Source: an uncultured Spirochaetota bacterium (GTDB lineage: Bacteria; Spirochaetota; Spirochaetia; SZUA-6; CAVTHK01). Taken from it: a stretch of 64,000 nt of DNA. Position numbers and translations under genes: made by a program. The notes under the pieces are model-generated. The model worked only from the letters and a program-made list of their open reading frames with translations, ran no database searches and had not been told where the DNA came from. Positions 30,700 to 43,189 of the stretch are shown piece by piece. Numbering within the stretch: position 1 is the first letter of the stretch; each line of letters opens with the position of its first letter. The DNA lies in the NCBI GenBank assembly GCA_963734495.1, contig CAVTHK010000009.1, forward strand, positions 1-64,000, read 5' to 3'.

Positions 30700-31535
30700 G
30701 CAGACGCCGTGACACGGGTGGGCGGCTCGGGCCGGCATTCGCGCCGAGGCCGACTTCAGTGCGTTCGGCCGTGCGATGTACGGTCTTCGCCGCGGTCCTG
30801 CTCGGCGCCTGCGGTGACGGTCTGCTCGGCGAGCTCGACCGCGTCGCCAGCGACCCGACAGTGACCGCACCTGCCGTCGTCTCGTTTCTCGACGAGCTGT
30901 CCATCGCGGTGACCTGGCCTGCGGACGAGGCTGCAGACGAGTATGTGCTCGAGCGCGCCGAGGACGCGGTCGTGCCTTCGTACGCCACAGCGCAGCGTGG
31001 AACCGCGACCACGTTCGTGGACACCGCATGCGCCGACCAGCGGCGCTACCTCTACCGCGTCAGCGCCGTCAAGGGCACGAGGCTGTTCGGTCCGTCGCAG
31101 TCCGCGCTCGGCGTCGGCAGCGCCACCTGCCGTGACTCGCTGGAGCCGAACGACGCGGAGGCTTCGGCGACGCTCCTCGACTACGACCGAAGCGCCAACG
31201 TCTACTATTACAGGTCGTTCGCGGGGGCCGAGGTGCGGGATGTCGACTGGTACGCGGTGGTCGTCCCGCCCCAGCGCAAGGCCAACATCGTCATCACGCA
31301 GGTCAGCCCCGCTCCCGCGGGCGTGGCGACCGCGCTGATCTTCTACTTGAAGGGCACGGTCCCGCAGCCGGTGACCAACAGCCTGGCCATCCCGGTCGCG
31401 AACCCCGCCAACGAGAGCCGGACCTTTCTGTTCGAGATCTCGCCGGATCCCGACGAGGTCGTCCTGGATCCCTCGCTCGCGGGCGGCTCCACGATCGACT
31501 ACACGGTCTCGCTGGCGAGCATCGTGGGGTTGTGA
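30696..31535 (+). CDS. Lipoprotein with FN3-like domain
   Basis: LLGAC lipobox; IAVTW..ADEYVLER..FVD..YLYRVSAV; DSLEPND..DVDWY. Confidence 0.7.
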   Translation: MSRRRDTGGRLGPAFAPRPTSVRSAVRCTVFAAVLLGACGDGLLGELDRVASDPTVTAPAVVSFLDELSIAVTWPADEAADEYVLERAEDAVVPSYATAQRGTATTFVDTACADQRRYLYRVSAVKGTRLFGPSQSALGVGSATCRDSLEPNDAEASATLLDYDRSANVYYYRSFAGAEVRDVDWYAVVVPPQRKANIVITQVSPAPAGVATALIFYLKGTVPQPVTNSLAIPVANPANESRTFLFEISPDPDEVVLDPSLAGGSTIDYTVSLASIVGL

Positions 31536-31536
31536 C

Positions 31537-32187
31537 GTGGCGGCTCTTGCCCTCATCGCCGCGCTGATCGCTCTGGCCGGTTGTCCGATCAGTCCGCGCA
31601 CCGACGAAGGGCCCGTTCCCTCCAACGGCGCCGTCGAACAGCACAGCGAGCTCTTCGTCGCCGAAGACGGCTCTCCCGAAACGATCCGGTTCGAGACCAA
31701 CGACGCGCGCTACTGGGGGCCCTACGGGTACACGCTGTGGACGCTTCGGCCGGCGTCGCAGAGCCCCTTTGCGTCGCGCGAGGTGACGGCGGCCAAGGAG
31801 AGCGGCGACGCGTCGGCGGGATTCGGCGTGGTCTTCTGCGCCTACGACAGCGGTGACCCGCTCATCGGCGAGACGATGCTCGTCGTCATGATCAACACCC
31901 AACGCGAGTACATCGTCGGCGAAGTGTCGGGCGGTTCCTTTCGAGAGCTCGTCCCGTGGACCGCATGCGCCTCGCTCAAGCTCGGCTACGGACAGGAGAA
32001 CACCATCGCCCTCTCGGCCGAATCGGGCGAGATCGCGCTCAGCCTCAACGGCGCCGAGGCGGCGCGCTTTCGCGACGAGGAGCCGCCGCTTCACGAGGGC
32101 GGCGCCGACGGCTACCTCGTCGTCATCTCGCCCCTCGACCGCTTTCCCGACGTCCCGGTGAGCGTGGTCTTCCGGGAGGCTCCGTGA
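31537..32187 (+). CDS. Lipoprotein, concanavalin-like beta-sandwich
   Basis: LAGC lipobox; KESGD..GFGVVF..LSLNG pattern. Confidence 0.6.
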   Translation: MAALALIAALIALAGCPISPRTDEGPVPSNGAVEQHSELFVAEDGSPETIRFETNDARYWGPYGYTLWTLRPASQSPFASREVTAAKESGDASAGFGVVFCAYDSGDPLIGETMLVVMINTQREYIVGEVSGGSFRELVPWTACASLKLGYGQENTIALSAESGEIALSLNGAEAARFRDEEPPLHEGGADGYLVVISPLDRFPDVPVSVVFREAP

Positions 32188-35100
32188 TGCCGAGCGCCGC
32201 TGCCTGGGACGATTTCCGGCGACTGCTCGAGCGGCTGAGGCGCACGACCGCGCTCCTCGTCATCGAGTCGCTGCTCGTGTCGCTTGCGCCTGTGCCGCTT
32301 GCCGCCGAACCGGTCGAGCCGGCCGAGCCGCAGCCCGCGCCCGCGACGCCCGCGACCGAGTGGATGCGCAGCATGGTCGCCCGGCCCGGCGCGGACAACG
32401 TGCTCGAGCTCGCAGGCCTTCGACTCGAGGTGCCGGCAGGAGCGGTCGGGAAGCCGACGACGATCACGGTCACGAGGCTGCCCGCGACCGAAAGGCTCGG
32501 CGACGGGATGGCGAATGCGACCGCCGGGACCGCGGCGTGGCGGTTCGAGCCTCACGGCGTGCAGTTCGCCCGCGCTGTCAGGGTGACGATGCCGTTCGAG
32601 CCCGCCGTGCTCGCGTCCGAAGCCGCGGTCTCCAACCTCTTTACCTACTTCTACGACGCGGCAGAGCGGCGGTGGGAACGGCTCGAGCGCGTCGCGGTCG
32701 ACCGTGAGCGAGCGACGATCACCAGCGTGACCGGTCACTTCACGGACATGATCGCCGCGACGCTGCGGCTGCCCGAAGGCCCGTCGCCGGTCGTGTTCGA
32801 CGCCAACGAGATCAAGCGTCTCGACGCGGCGCGCCCGGACGCGGGCGTACCCGCTCCCGAGGGCCTCGCGCCCGGACCCTATGGCGCCGCGGCTTTCCGC
32901 ATTCCGCTGCGGCTTCCGCCGGGCCGCGGCGCGGCCTCGCCCTCGCTGGCGCTCGCCTACTCGAGCGACGCGGGAGCGACGTGGCTCGGCCGCGGCTTCG
33001 ACGTCGAAGTGCCGCGCGTCGCGATCGACACGCGCTTCGGGCTGCCGCGCTACGACGGCGGCGACACCTGCCTGCTCGACGGCGAGGAGCTGGTCTTTAC
33101 CGGCAGCGAAGGCGACGCGCGTCTCTATCGCGCGCGCACAGAGCGGCGGTTCGAGCGCATCCGCTGGCACGCAACCGGCGGCGAAAGCTGGTGGGAGGTC
33201 ACGGACAAGACCGGCGTCACCCGCGAGTACGGGCGCGGCGAAGCCTGGATCGGCCCGGAGCGGGGCGACCGGAGTCGAACCTTCACCTGGTTCCTGAGCA
33301 AAGTACGAGACCCGTTCGGGAACACGGCCGCGTGGGACTACCAGTACGACGAAGCCAACCGCTGCACCTACCTGCGAGCGATCCGCTACGCGGGATACGA
33401 AGACGGGGCCGCGAGCGAGGCGGGGGCGTACAGCGTGGAGTTCACGCTCGAAGCGGCCGAGCGGCCGGACCGCCGGATCGACGGCCGCGGCGGGTTCGCC
33501 TCGAAGCTCGCGCGGCGCCTGGAGCGGATCAGCCTGCTGTACCGCGGCTCGCTCGTGCGCGCCTGGGTGTTCCGCTACCGCGCGAGCGAGACGGGCCACA
33601 GCCTGCTCGCGTCGTTCACGGAGCAGGACGCGTCGGGCGCGGACTTCTACACCTACGGCTTCGACTACTTCGCGCTGCCCGAGCGGCGCGACGCGAGCGG
33701 AGCGCTCCTCGGCTACGACGCATTCGGCGAACGGGAGATCCAGTGGGCGGCGGAGCAGGGCGACCGCTTCACGAGCCTGCACGATGGCGTCACGACGGCC
33801 GCGGGCGCGAGCCTGTACGTGGGGGTGCGATTCTTCCTGCCGGTGCCCTTCTTCAGAAAAAAGACCATCGCGCAGTTCGGCGTGCGCGCCGGCGCCGGCG
33901 TCTCTCAGGCGATGACGCGGGCGACGCTGCTCGACGCCAACGGCGACGGGCTGCTCGACGCGGCCTGGCGCGAGGGCTCATCGCTCTGCGCCTACCTCAA
34001 CACCGGCAGCGGCTTCGATCTCTCGCAGCCGTTCCGTCTCTCGGGTCTCGGAGCCGGGATGGACCTCGAGGAGCAGAGCTCGTTCAGTCTCGGCGCCTCC
34101 GCCGGGCTGCTGGGCGTGTCGGGCGGAATCACCCGCCACAGATCGTGGAGCGAGGGGCGCACCTCGTTCGCCGACGTCAACGGCGACGGGTTCGTCGATT
34201 TTGTGAAGAAGGACGAAGCCACCTGGGCCGGTCACGACGGCTCCTCGCGTTTCGTGGCGACGCCGTGGAGCTTCGGCACGGCCGAGCCCACCGGCGGCGC
34301 GGACACCGAAGCGGACGACTACTCCCGCTCCTTCTACCTCCAGCAGCCTCTTCGGCGTCTCAAGATCTACAGGTCCGGCACGGTCGAAGTCGCGCAGCGC
34401 GTGGCCCTCGCGGGCGCGGGAAGCGACGACGGCGCGCAGGCCCGCACTCACTTCGCGGGAGGCACCGACACACTCGCCGTGAGCGCGGCTGCTCCCGTCG
34501 CGCAGGGCTCGCGTCTCTACGAGGTGGAGTCGGACGACAGTCTCTACTTCCGGCTCGAGACCGGAGATGCCGAAGTCGGCGACGACGTCGACTGGAACAT
34601 AGGCGTCCGGTACCGCAGCCTCCGCTGGTTCGAGCCGCTCGCGCGGGCCGCGTCGTTCTCGCCGCCGCCGGTATCGGCCGAGGCTCTGCCGTTCGGCGAC
34701 GTGCGGCTCGCGCCCATCTACACTTCGTACGGCAGCGACTACGTGCTCGCCTCCGGCTGGCAGGAGCGCGACCCGGCGACGCTCGCCGGAGTCTACGACG
34801 CGCTCATCGAGCACGGCCTGTTCGTGCCGCGGCGGGTGCCGGAACCGCTGTTCCGCAGGCTGCTCGCTTCATGCCGGGGCGAATGGATTTCGCTGCCCGA
34901 TCCCGTCGAACCGGAACGCACGATCGAGGTGCGCGGGGACAACCTGCTGATGCACGCCTGGCGCTGCATCCCGGAGCTCGCGACCTTCGAGAGGACGAGC
35001 GCCGCGGCCGACGCGCTCGTGATGCGGCACATGTCCTCGCTCACGCTCACCGAAAGGCGCGGCCTGGCTCTCGTGCGACGGCCGGACGGCGCGCTGGTCG

Positions 35101-38100
35101 CGCCGCAGGGCGTCGGATGCGACCGCGCGCATGCGCGCAGTCGCTCCGTCGTTGGACGTGCCCGCGCGGCTCGCGCCTGAGGGGATCCTTCTGGATCAGA
35201 GTTATGATGAAGAAGGACGCCCCCTGGAAGCTCTCTGGCTGCGGAAGGAGTCAGGCTCCTGGCGCGTGTGGCGCAAAGACGCAAGCGGCGAGACCGCGAT
35301 TGCGGCGACCGTGTCGGGGGCTGCACCCGGCGCTGTGAGCGTGGCGTTCGTCGATCGCGGTGTGGAGCGCACGTGCAGCATTTCCGGCTGGACCTCGCTG
35401 CTCGTGGAGCTCGCCGACGCCGTCTACACAGGGCCTCTTTCCGAGGCTGTGATGGACGGCGAGGTGATCTCCGCGTACGGCATAGAGACGCTCGACCGCG
35501 AAGTCTACGACGCGCTCCTTGCAGGCGCATCCGCGGCCGAAGGGGACCTGCTCGCATCCTGCTACGTGCCCGAAGGCGATCGATGGCGCCTCGTGGACTC
35601 CCTGAGCGACGGCGACTGGGAGCGCCTGCTGATCTTTGTCGACGGCCGGGCCGAGCGCGATGCGAGCCTGTTCGACCGGCTGCCGGGGGACACGGCGGGA
35701 GCCCTGCGGATCGTGGCGCTCGACCCCGATGAGAGATCCGCGCTTGCCGCCGCGTCCCCGGCCGTCGCCGCCCTGCTCGACGCCTTCGGATCGCCGCGCA
35801 GGGACCTGACTGCCGACGAGCGCGCAGCTCTCTACGATGCGCTCTTCCGCTACCGCCGTGACATCGAGAAGCTCCCGTTCTACGCTCACGACAACGCGGC
35901 CGGCGTATGGCGCCTGCGGGAGAACCTGAGCGCGGATGAACGCGCCGCCGCGGCTGCCGCGGGGGCGGCGGCTGGGCTGGGCGCGTGGACGCGGCTCGAC
36001 CGCGCGATCGTCTACCGGCAGTCCGCGGTCCTTCCTGTTTCTGACGCGTTCCTGCCCGAAGGCGCGGTCGAGGAGCCCCTCGCTGCGGCGGGCGCGCGCC
36101 CCGCCGCCACCGGCGATCCGACGGGGCTGCTCCTCATCCCCGCGTTCGATGTCTCCTCGGGCCGCACAGTCCTGCGCAGCGTGTACGTTCACGCGTTCGA
36201 CTCGCAGCGGGACTACGCGGCGGAGGACCTGGTCTCGTACCCGGCGGACCTGTTTGCGCAGAGTGAAGAAGCGGAAGCCGGAGCCGGAGCGCCAGCGGAC
36301 GACGGGGAGACGCCTCCTCCCGAGGTCTTCCGAGGCGGATCCAGCGGCTGGTTCTACGGCGTCTGGACAGGCTACTACGGCTGGAACGAGGCGCTGCTGA
36401 CCAGGACGCCGCCGGAGCCGCCAGGAGACGTGGTCACCCCGCCGCTGTATTTCGCGGCCATGAGCCCGAACCGCGACGCGGAGGGCGGCATCGCGATCGC
36501 GAGCGACGGCGCCGAGCAGACGCCGGTGCCTGCCGAAGCATGGGTAGGCGAAGTCAGCGCCCTGTCCGACGCCAGCCTCGATGAACAGGGCGGTGCGGTC
36601 ACCGAGCAGCGCACGTTTGCGGCCTGGATCTGCGGCGATCGCGTGCATCCGAGCCGCAACGGCGGCGACGCCTATCACCGTGTCCCGCGCGGCCTCGACT
36701 CGGGAACGCCCGGAAGGCTCGGGAAGTTCCGCGCGAGCCGCGCCAGGTCGCGGGACATCAACGGCAGCGTCGGTCTGGGAATGCTCGGAGCTGATTTTTC
36801 GAGCAACTCCGGGTCGTCGCTCCAGTACCGGGCGCTCCTGGACCTGAACGGCGACCGCTATCCGGACCTGGTGAGCTGCCCGGATGACGGCGGCGCTTTC
36901 ACGGTGAGGCCGGGAACGGGCGCGGGTTTCGGGGATGCCGCGCCGTGGCGCGGAGTCTCCGGCAGCATCGCGCAATACGAGACCGAAGCCTACGGCTTTG
37001 GCGCTTCGGTCGGGTCGTCGGCCGGAGGGCTCACGGCGCACTACAACAGCAGGGGCGAGCCTGACAGTTTTGTCGTGGCGCAGCCCGGCGTGGGCGCGAG
37101 CGTCGGCGCCAACGGGACTCTCGGCGCCTCCGTGCAGACAGCAGGTCTCCTCGACTGCAACGGCGACGGCCTGCCCGATCTCGTGCAGCGCGACGCGGGC
37201 GCCTACTCGGTCGCGCTCAACACGGGCAGCGGCTTCGCGGCGCCGGCGTCCTGGGGAGACGGCATCGACGTGGACGTGTTAGGCGGCGTCGGCGATCTGG
37301 CCGGGCGTGCGCGCGGAATCAGCCACGCCAGCGCGGGGAGCTTTGGCGCCTCCGCGGGCCTGTCGGCCGGCGCGTGGAGCGTGTCCGCCGGCGTCTCGGC
37401 CGGTTTCACGGGCACGGTCAACCAGACCTACACCGCGCTCGCGGACTTGAACGGCGACGGCCTGCCGGACCAGGTTGCCAAGACGAAAGGAGGATCCTTT
37501 CTTCCTCGTTCGCTTCAACCTCGGAGACCGTTTCTCGGACGAGACCGTGCGCCTCTACCGTCCCGAGTGGGATGTGAGCCTCATCGACGTGCTGCGCGAT
37601 CGCGTGACCTCCGACCTCGCCGTGATCGGCGACGCGCTCGGCGGGCTTCCGGGGGGATTTTCGCTGCCGGGCTTTACCGGGCTTCCGCGGAGCGGCGCGA
37701 ACCGCTTCGGCTCCGAGGTGGACCCGTTCGCGATCGCCGACGCGCTGGAGTACACGAGCGGCGTGGCGTTCAGCGCGGGCGCCAACTTGACCTTCAGCAT
37801 CAATTTCTGGCTCGTCGCGCTGGAGATCACGCCTGGCGTGAACGGCTCGTACGCCACGACGTCGGCGACCATGCGGCTCTCCGACATCGACGGCGACGGC
37901 CTGCCCGATCACGTGCTCAAGGTGCCGGGCGACGAATACCTGCGCGTCAAGCTCAACGCAAGCGGCAAGAGCGGGTTGCTGCGTTCGGTCGCGCTGCCGC
38001 AGGGCGGCAGCATCGCGCTCGACTACGAGCGGGCAGGCAACACGGTAGCCATGCCGCAGAGCCGGTGGGTGCTGGCGTCGGTGGCGCGCGACGACGGGCT

Positions 38101-41100
38101 GGCCGGGGCCGCGCCCGACCGCGGCGCTCACCGCGTGACGGAGCGCACCGCGTACGCCGGCGGCCGCTACGACCGCGGCGAACGGTTGTTCTGCGGGTTC
38201 GCCGAAGTCAGGACCGCTCTCGGGGACGGCAGCGCGCGGATCACGCGGTATGCGAACGCGAGCCTGCACACCCGCGGCATGGCGGTGGAAACGCTCGTTG
38301 TCGACGGGTCGGGCGCGGTGGCAGCGGAGACGGCTTCGCGGATACAGGAGCGCCATGAGGGCTCGTACGGCGGCCGCGAGGTTGTGTTTCCGGTCGTGAC
38401 CGAGGAGACGAAGCGGCTGTACGAGGCGGGCACTTCGCGCCGCGTCGAGACGCGCACGCGCTGGGAGTACGACGATTCGGGGAACGTGAGCCGCGTCGAC
38501 GACCTCGGCGACACGAGCGTCGACGGCGACGAGCTGGCCGCGGACATCCGCTACGCGGCGTTGGGCGACCGGCTGCGGAGCCACCCCGAGCGGGTGCGCG
38601 TCGTCGACGGATCCGGGCGGCTGCTGCGGCAGCGGCGCGGCACCTACGGCGACCGCGGCGAGCTGGTGGCGCTCGAGCAGTGGCGCACCGAAAGCGAGGC
38701 GCACGTCTGGCGCGTCGGCTACGATCGCTACGGGAACCTCGCGAGCGTCGCTGATCCGCGCGGGTACACGGTGGCGTGGACCTACGACGACGAGACGCAC
38801 GCGTTCGCCCGCGCGATCACGACGTCGAACGTCGCGCTCGGCGGACCTGCGTACGAGTCGCGGCTCGAGTGGGACTTCGCGCTCGCAGCCCAGACTGCCC
38901 GGGTCGACGTCGCCGGCAACCGTGTGGCGATGCGTTACGACTCGTTCGGCCGTCTGCTGGAGGTGCGCAGCCCCTATGATGCAGGGGCGACCGCCGCTGT
39001 GGCGCACGAGTACAGGACGGCTGCCTTCCCCTGGGTTGCCTTGACGAGGAACAAGCTGCGCTTCGATTCGGCGGACGGGACCGTGCTCGCGACGGCCGTC
39101 ACCATCGACGGGCTCGGCCGCGTGGCGCAGGCGGCCAAGGAGGCCGACGTCTGGGACAACGGCCTCGGGGTCGCGCGTGCGGGCTGGACCTGCAGCGGCG
39201 CGATCGCTTACGACGCCAAGGGGCGGGCCGCGGCCGAAGGGCAGCCCGTGTTCGTCGAAGGCGTGGCGCTGCCTCCGCTCGCGGCGATGACGCGGCCGAC
39301 GCTCCGCGCGTGGGACGCGCTCGACCGGGTGGTCGCGCAAGAGCTGCCGGACGGCGCGCGGTGGACGACCGCCTACATCGTGGCGGGGGCCCGGGCCGTG
39401 GAGGTTGCGACCGATCCTCTGGGCCGCGTCACGGAGCGCGACTTTGACGCCCGCGGCGCGGTGGTCGCCGTGCGCAGGCTCGGTGCCGCGGGAGTGGGGG
39501 AGGGGCCGATTCCGGCGACTCCTACAGCTCTCAGAGCCCCGGCGTCCGGCGCGGGCACGGTGCTGACTGGCGCCGCGTACGCGTACAGCGCGCTGGGAGA
39601 GTTGCTGGAGGCGGTCGACTTTGCCGGCAACCGGGTGGTCCGCAGCGAGTACGACCTGCTCGGGCGGCGGGTGCGACTCGAGTCGCCGGACGCGGGCGTG
39701 GTGGATCTGGCGTACGATGAGGCAGGCAACCTGGCGCGGAAGACCGACTCGAACCTGCGGGCGCGCGGCGAGTCGGTCAGCTACAGGTACGACGGCCACA
39801 ACAGGCTGGTCGGGATCGATTACCCGCGGATCGCAGACACGCGGTACGTCTACGGCGCTCCCGGCGCGGGCGACAACGCCGCCGGCCGGCTGCTGGAGCG
39901 GGAGGACGACTCGGGCGTTGTCACTTACCGTTATGGGAAGCTCGGCGAGACGGTGGCCCTGTCGCGGACGTTGTCGCGGCTGACGCCGCTGGCGGCGGAT
40001 GGGCAGGCTTCCTTCACCTATCTCTCCGACTATCTCGGCCGGCTCGAGCAGATCACGTACCCCGACGGCGAAGTCGTGACATACGACTACAACCGCGGTG
40101 GACAAGTCGCGGCGGTGACCGGGCTGCACGGCGGCCGCTCCACTCACTACGTGCAGCAGATCGGCTACGACGCGTTCGGACAGCGGGTCTTTGTGCGATA
40201 CGGCAACGGCGTCGAGAGCCGCTACAGCTACGATCCGCAACGGCGCTGGCTCGAGGCGATCAGAACGGCGGGGCCGTGGGGCCAGCTCGACCAGGACGTC
40301 GACTACCGGTTCGACATTCTTGGCAACGTCCTCGAAGTCGCCAACGCGGCCGCTCTCCACGAGACCCGGCAGGAGTACGCGTACGACGATCTGGACCAAC
40401 TCGTTCACGCGGGCGGGACGACGACAGCGCGGCCGCACGGGGTGACGGAGTACACGGGCACGTACGCGCAGGACTTCTCTTTCGACTCGGTCGCCAACCT
40501 CACCCGCAAACGCAGCAGCAGCCGGACGACGCCCGCGCAGGTCGTGGGCGCCGCGCTCGCCTACGACCTCGACTACGCGTACTCGCCGGAGGCACCGCAT
40601 CGCGCCGATCGCATCGGCGGGTTGTGGTACCGCTACGACGCGAACGGGAACGTGGCCGAGGAGCGCGAGGGCGGGCACGGCAGCGGGCCGCTCGACGACG
40701 CAACGGTTGCGCGCGAGGGCGACCTGCGCATCGTCAACCGCGGGTTCGGGCTGACGCGGGGCGACGCGTCGGCCGGCGGCGTGTACGAGCGGCGCTTCGC
40801 GTGGGACGAGGAGAACCGGCTGCGGCGGGTCGTCGAGGGCGATCGTGCCGTGCACTTCCGCTACGGTGCCGATGGCCAGCGCTGCCTCAAGTACAGCGAC
40901 GAGGGCGAGACGCTGTACTTCGACGCGCTGTGGCAGGTCAGCACCGACTATCCGGACCTCAGGCGCAGCAAGCACATCTACGTCGGCGATTCACGGGTCG
41001 CGACGAGGCTGAACATCGAAGGTCACAGCGACCTGGGATACGAGGAGGTCAACACCTACTACTACCACGGCGACCACCTCGGCAGCGCCTCGGTGGTCAC

Positions 41101-42076
41101 CGATTATCGCGGCGAGCCCTACGAGCGGGTGGAGTACACGCCGTACGGCGAGCTGTGGGTGGAAGAGAAGAGCGACGCCTTCGATCGGATCCCGTTCCGG
41201 TTCACCGGCAAGGAGTGGGACGAGGAGACGCAGCTCTACTACTACGGGGCGAGGTACCTGGATCCGCGCAGCAGCCGGTGGATGAGCCCGGATCCGGCGC
41301 TCGCGAGCTACTTGCCGGAGGCGGGGGAGGGCGCCGCGGGGCTGCCCGGCATGGGCGGGGTGTTTAGCCCGGTGAACCTGAACCTGTATCACTACGGCGG
41401 GAACAATCCGCTGCGGTACTTTGACCCGACAGGGCTCGGCGATGAGGACGGCGCCGCGGGCGGTGGGACCATCCTGACCATGTCCGCTGCGACTGCCGAG
41501 GATTTCCGCAAGCCCCTGATTGCACGGATACCGCTTGTGTCGGACTTCCTGCGTGGCGGATACTTCCTCTTTACTGGCCAAGCGGGTGGCGGCGAGTACG
41601 GGGTCACCGATCCGCTCAGCGGGGATGTCATGTTCCCGGGAGAGGCGCAGGATGCCGCGCGAGGGTTCTTCTTCGCCGTTGCGGGCGCGGCCGTTGGCGC
41701 ATTCGCGAAGGCAGGTACGGCGGCTGCGAGCTACGCGGATGATGCGGCGGCTGCAGCTGCGGGAGGGGACAAGGTTGTCGTCATCGGAGAGGGTATGGGG
41801 CGTATCACGGAAGCCGCCAGAGCACTGCGTACCACGGGAGTGAATGCGAAGTGGTATCAGGCTTGGAGCAAGAACTTTCCTTCAGGCCGACCGATGACGC
41901 CGGCTGAACTCCAAGCTGCTCTGGAACGCAACGCGCGCTGGATCACATCGAAGGTCGAGAAAGGATACAAGATCTTCGACATCGGGCAAGATGTGACAAG
42001 GGCGGTGCGCAGTCCGTTCTACGCGCTCGAGAAGAGTATTCTGCAAGTCCTGGGGTATCCAGTCACGCCCTACTAG
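32187..42076 (+). CDS. Giant (~3,300 aa) RHS/YD polymorphic toxin: signal, ZU5-like, SpvB, FG-GAP, TcdB-mid, RHS core, C-terminal toxin (frameshifts at about 35130 and 37500)
   Basis: FEPHGVQF..HFTD; PLRLPPGR..PSLALAYSS; DxNGDGLPD repeats; YD repeats; YYHGDHLGS, FTGKEWD, YYYGARYLDP, NNPLRYFDPTG. Confidence 0.9.
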
Positions 42077-42092
42077 AAATGCGAGGCACAGC

Positions 42093-42578
42093 ATGGGAAA
42101 GGCTGACCTGAAGAAGTTCGTCTTCGAGGAGTTCGGCTTTGTTGAGAAGGAATTTGGCTTAGCCCGCCTATATTCCAAGCAAATCGAAGGAGGGTTCGAG
42201 TTTGCTTACCGCAACGCGACAACAGCAGTCTGCCTAACCTACGAGTTTAGGGAGGCGTACCTGTTTGTGATGCTCTACCGTCTAGTGAACGGCGAATTCG
42301 TCAAGAACCCAACTCGCGTTGCCCTTGATACACCACTGAATGGTTATGCCCTTGATGATATCGTGTCGCTGCACAATCCCGATGCACTGGTCAAGCCAGC
42401 ATATCAGTATGGTGAGCGCGCCGAGTTCTACACAAACAAAGAAGGTCTACGCTTGTACTTCAGGCTCTTTGCTGAGAATCTCAGGAAGTACGGCGCACGC
42501 GTTATGATGGGGAACTTTGAGGACTTCGAAGGTGCTGATAAGATCGTGAGGTCCCGGATAGCGGGGCCACGGCCGTAG
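42093..42578 (+). CDS. Putative cognate immunity protein
   Basis: Small, lower-GC gene starting 16 nt after the RHS stop, with a GAGG RBS. Confidence 0.75.
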   Translation: MGKADLKKFVFEEFGFVEKEFGLARLYSKQIEGGFEFAYRNATTAVCLTYEFREAYLFVMLYRLVNGEFVKNPTRVALDTPLNGYALDDIVSLHNPDALVKPAYQYGERAEFYTNKEGLRLYFRLFAENLRKYGARVMMGNFEDFEGADKIVRSRIAGPRP

Positions 42579-42901
42579 TTCAGGGGAACGGCGGGGATTC
42601 TCGCTCTGACCCGCAATCCCCGTTCCGCCGCGCCGGGCGGGGCGGCCCGGCCCTCGGCGTCGTGCCTCGGGCCTAGACGAAAAGCGCGTTGCGTCAGCGC
42701 GCGATCCCTGGCGCGCTGTTCGCTCGGCGGCTGAGCTGATCGTGGACAGCCAATCAGGTTTCGGCAGCGCGCGTCCTCTGCCGGCTGCAAACGACCTTTC
42801 CGCCCACCGCCGAGCTAGGGGCCGCGACCACGGTGGCCAGCGGCTCTCCCCGGCGAGCGTCTGGCACTTCATTCCGAACACAAACGCAACTGGCCAACTG
42901 C

Positions 42902-42949
42902 TTGACGCTGGAACCCAAACGGAGTTACTATCAGACCAGATCTGGTCTG
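42902..42949 (+). promoter_or_regulatory. TA promoter with 18-bp palindromic operator
   Basis: TTGACG-18-TACTAT followed by CAGACCAGATCTGGTCTG. Confidence 0.7.
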
Positions 42950-42958
42950 GGTGGTCAC

Positions 42959-43189
42959 ATGACGATTGAGACAATCACGGAAGCGAAGGCTCGTCTGTCC
43001 GAGCTCATTGAGAAAGTGCTCGCTGGCGAGACCGTCATTATCAAGCGCGCGGGGAAACCAGTCGCTGTGCTTTCCGGGTACCAGAAGCATCGAGTCATTC
43101 GGACGCCGGGTGCTCTACGCGGCCAAATCGAGATCGCTGAGGACTTCGACAGGTTGCCTGAAGACATCGGGGCCGCTTTCGGCCTATGA
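42959..43189 (+). CDS. Phd/YefM antitoxin
   Basis: ITEAKARLSELI..GETVIIKRAGKPVA. Confidence 0.9.
   Translation: MTIETITEAKARLSELIEKVLAGETVIIKRAGKPVAVLSGYQKHRVIRTPGALRGQIEIAEDFDRLPEDIGAAFGL

Noticed and set aside
37418-40975. Long antisense ORFs (for example 37418-40975, 51306-53117, 2763-4511)
   Set aside because: Shadow frames of high-GC genes with no recognisable motifs.
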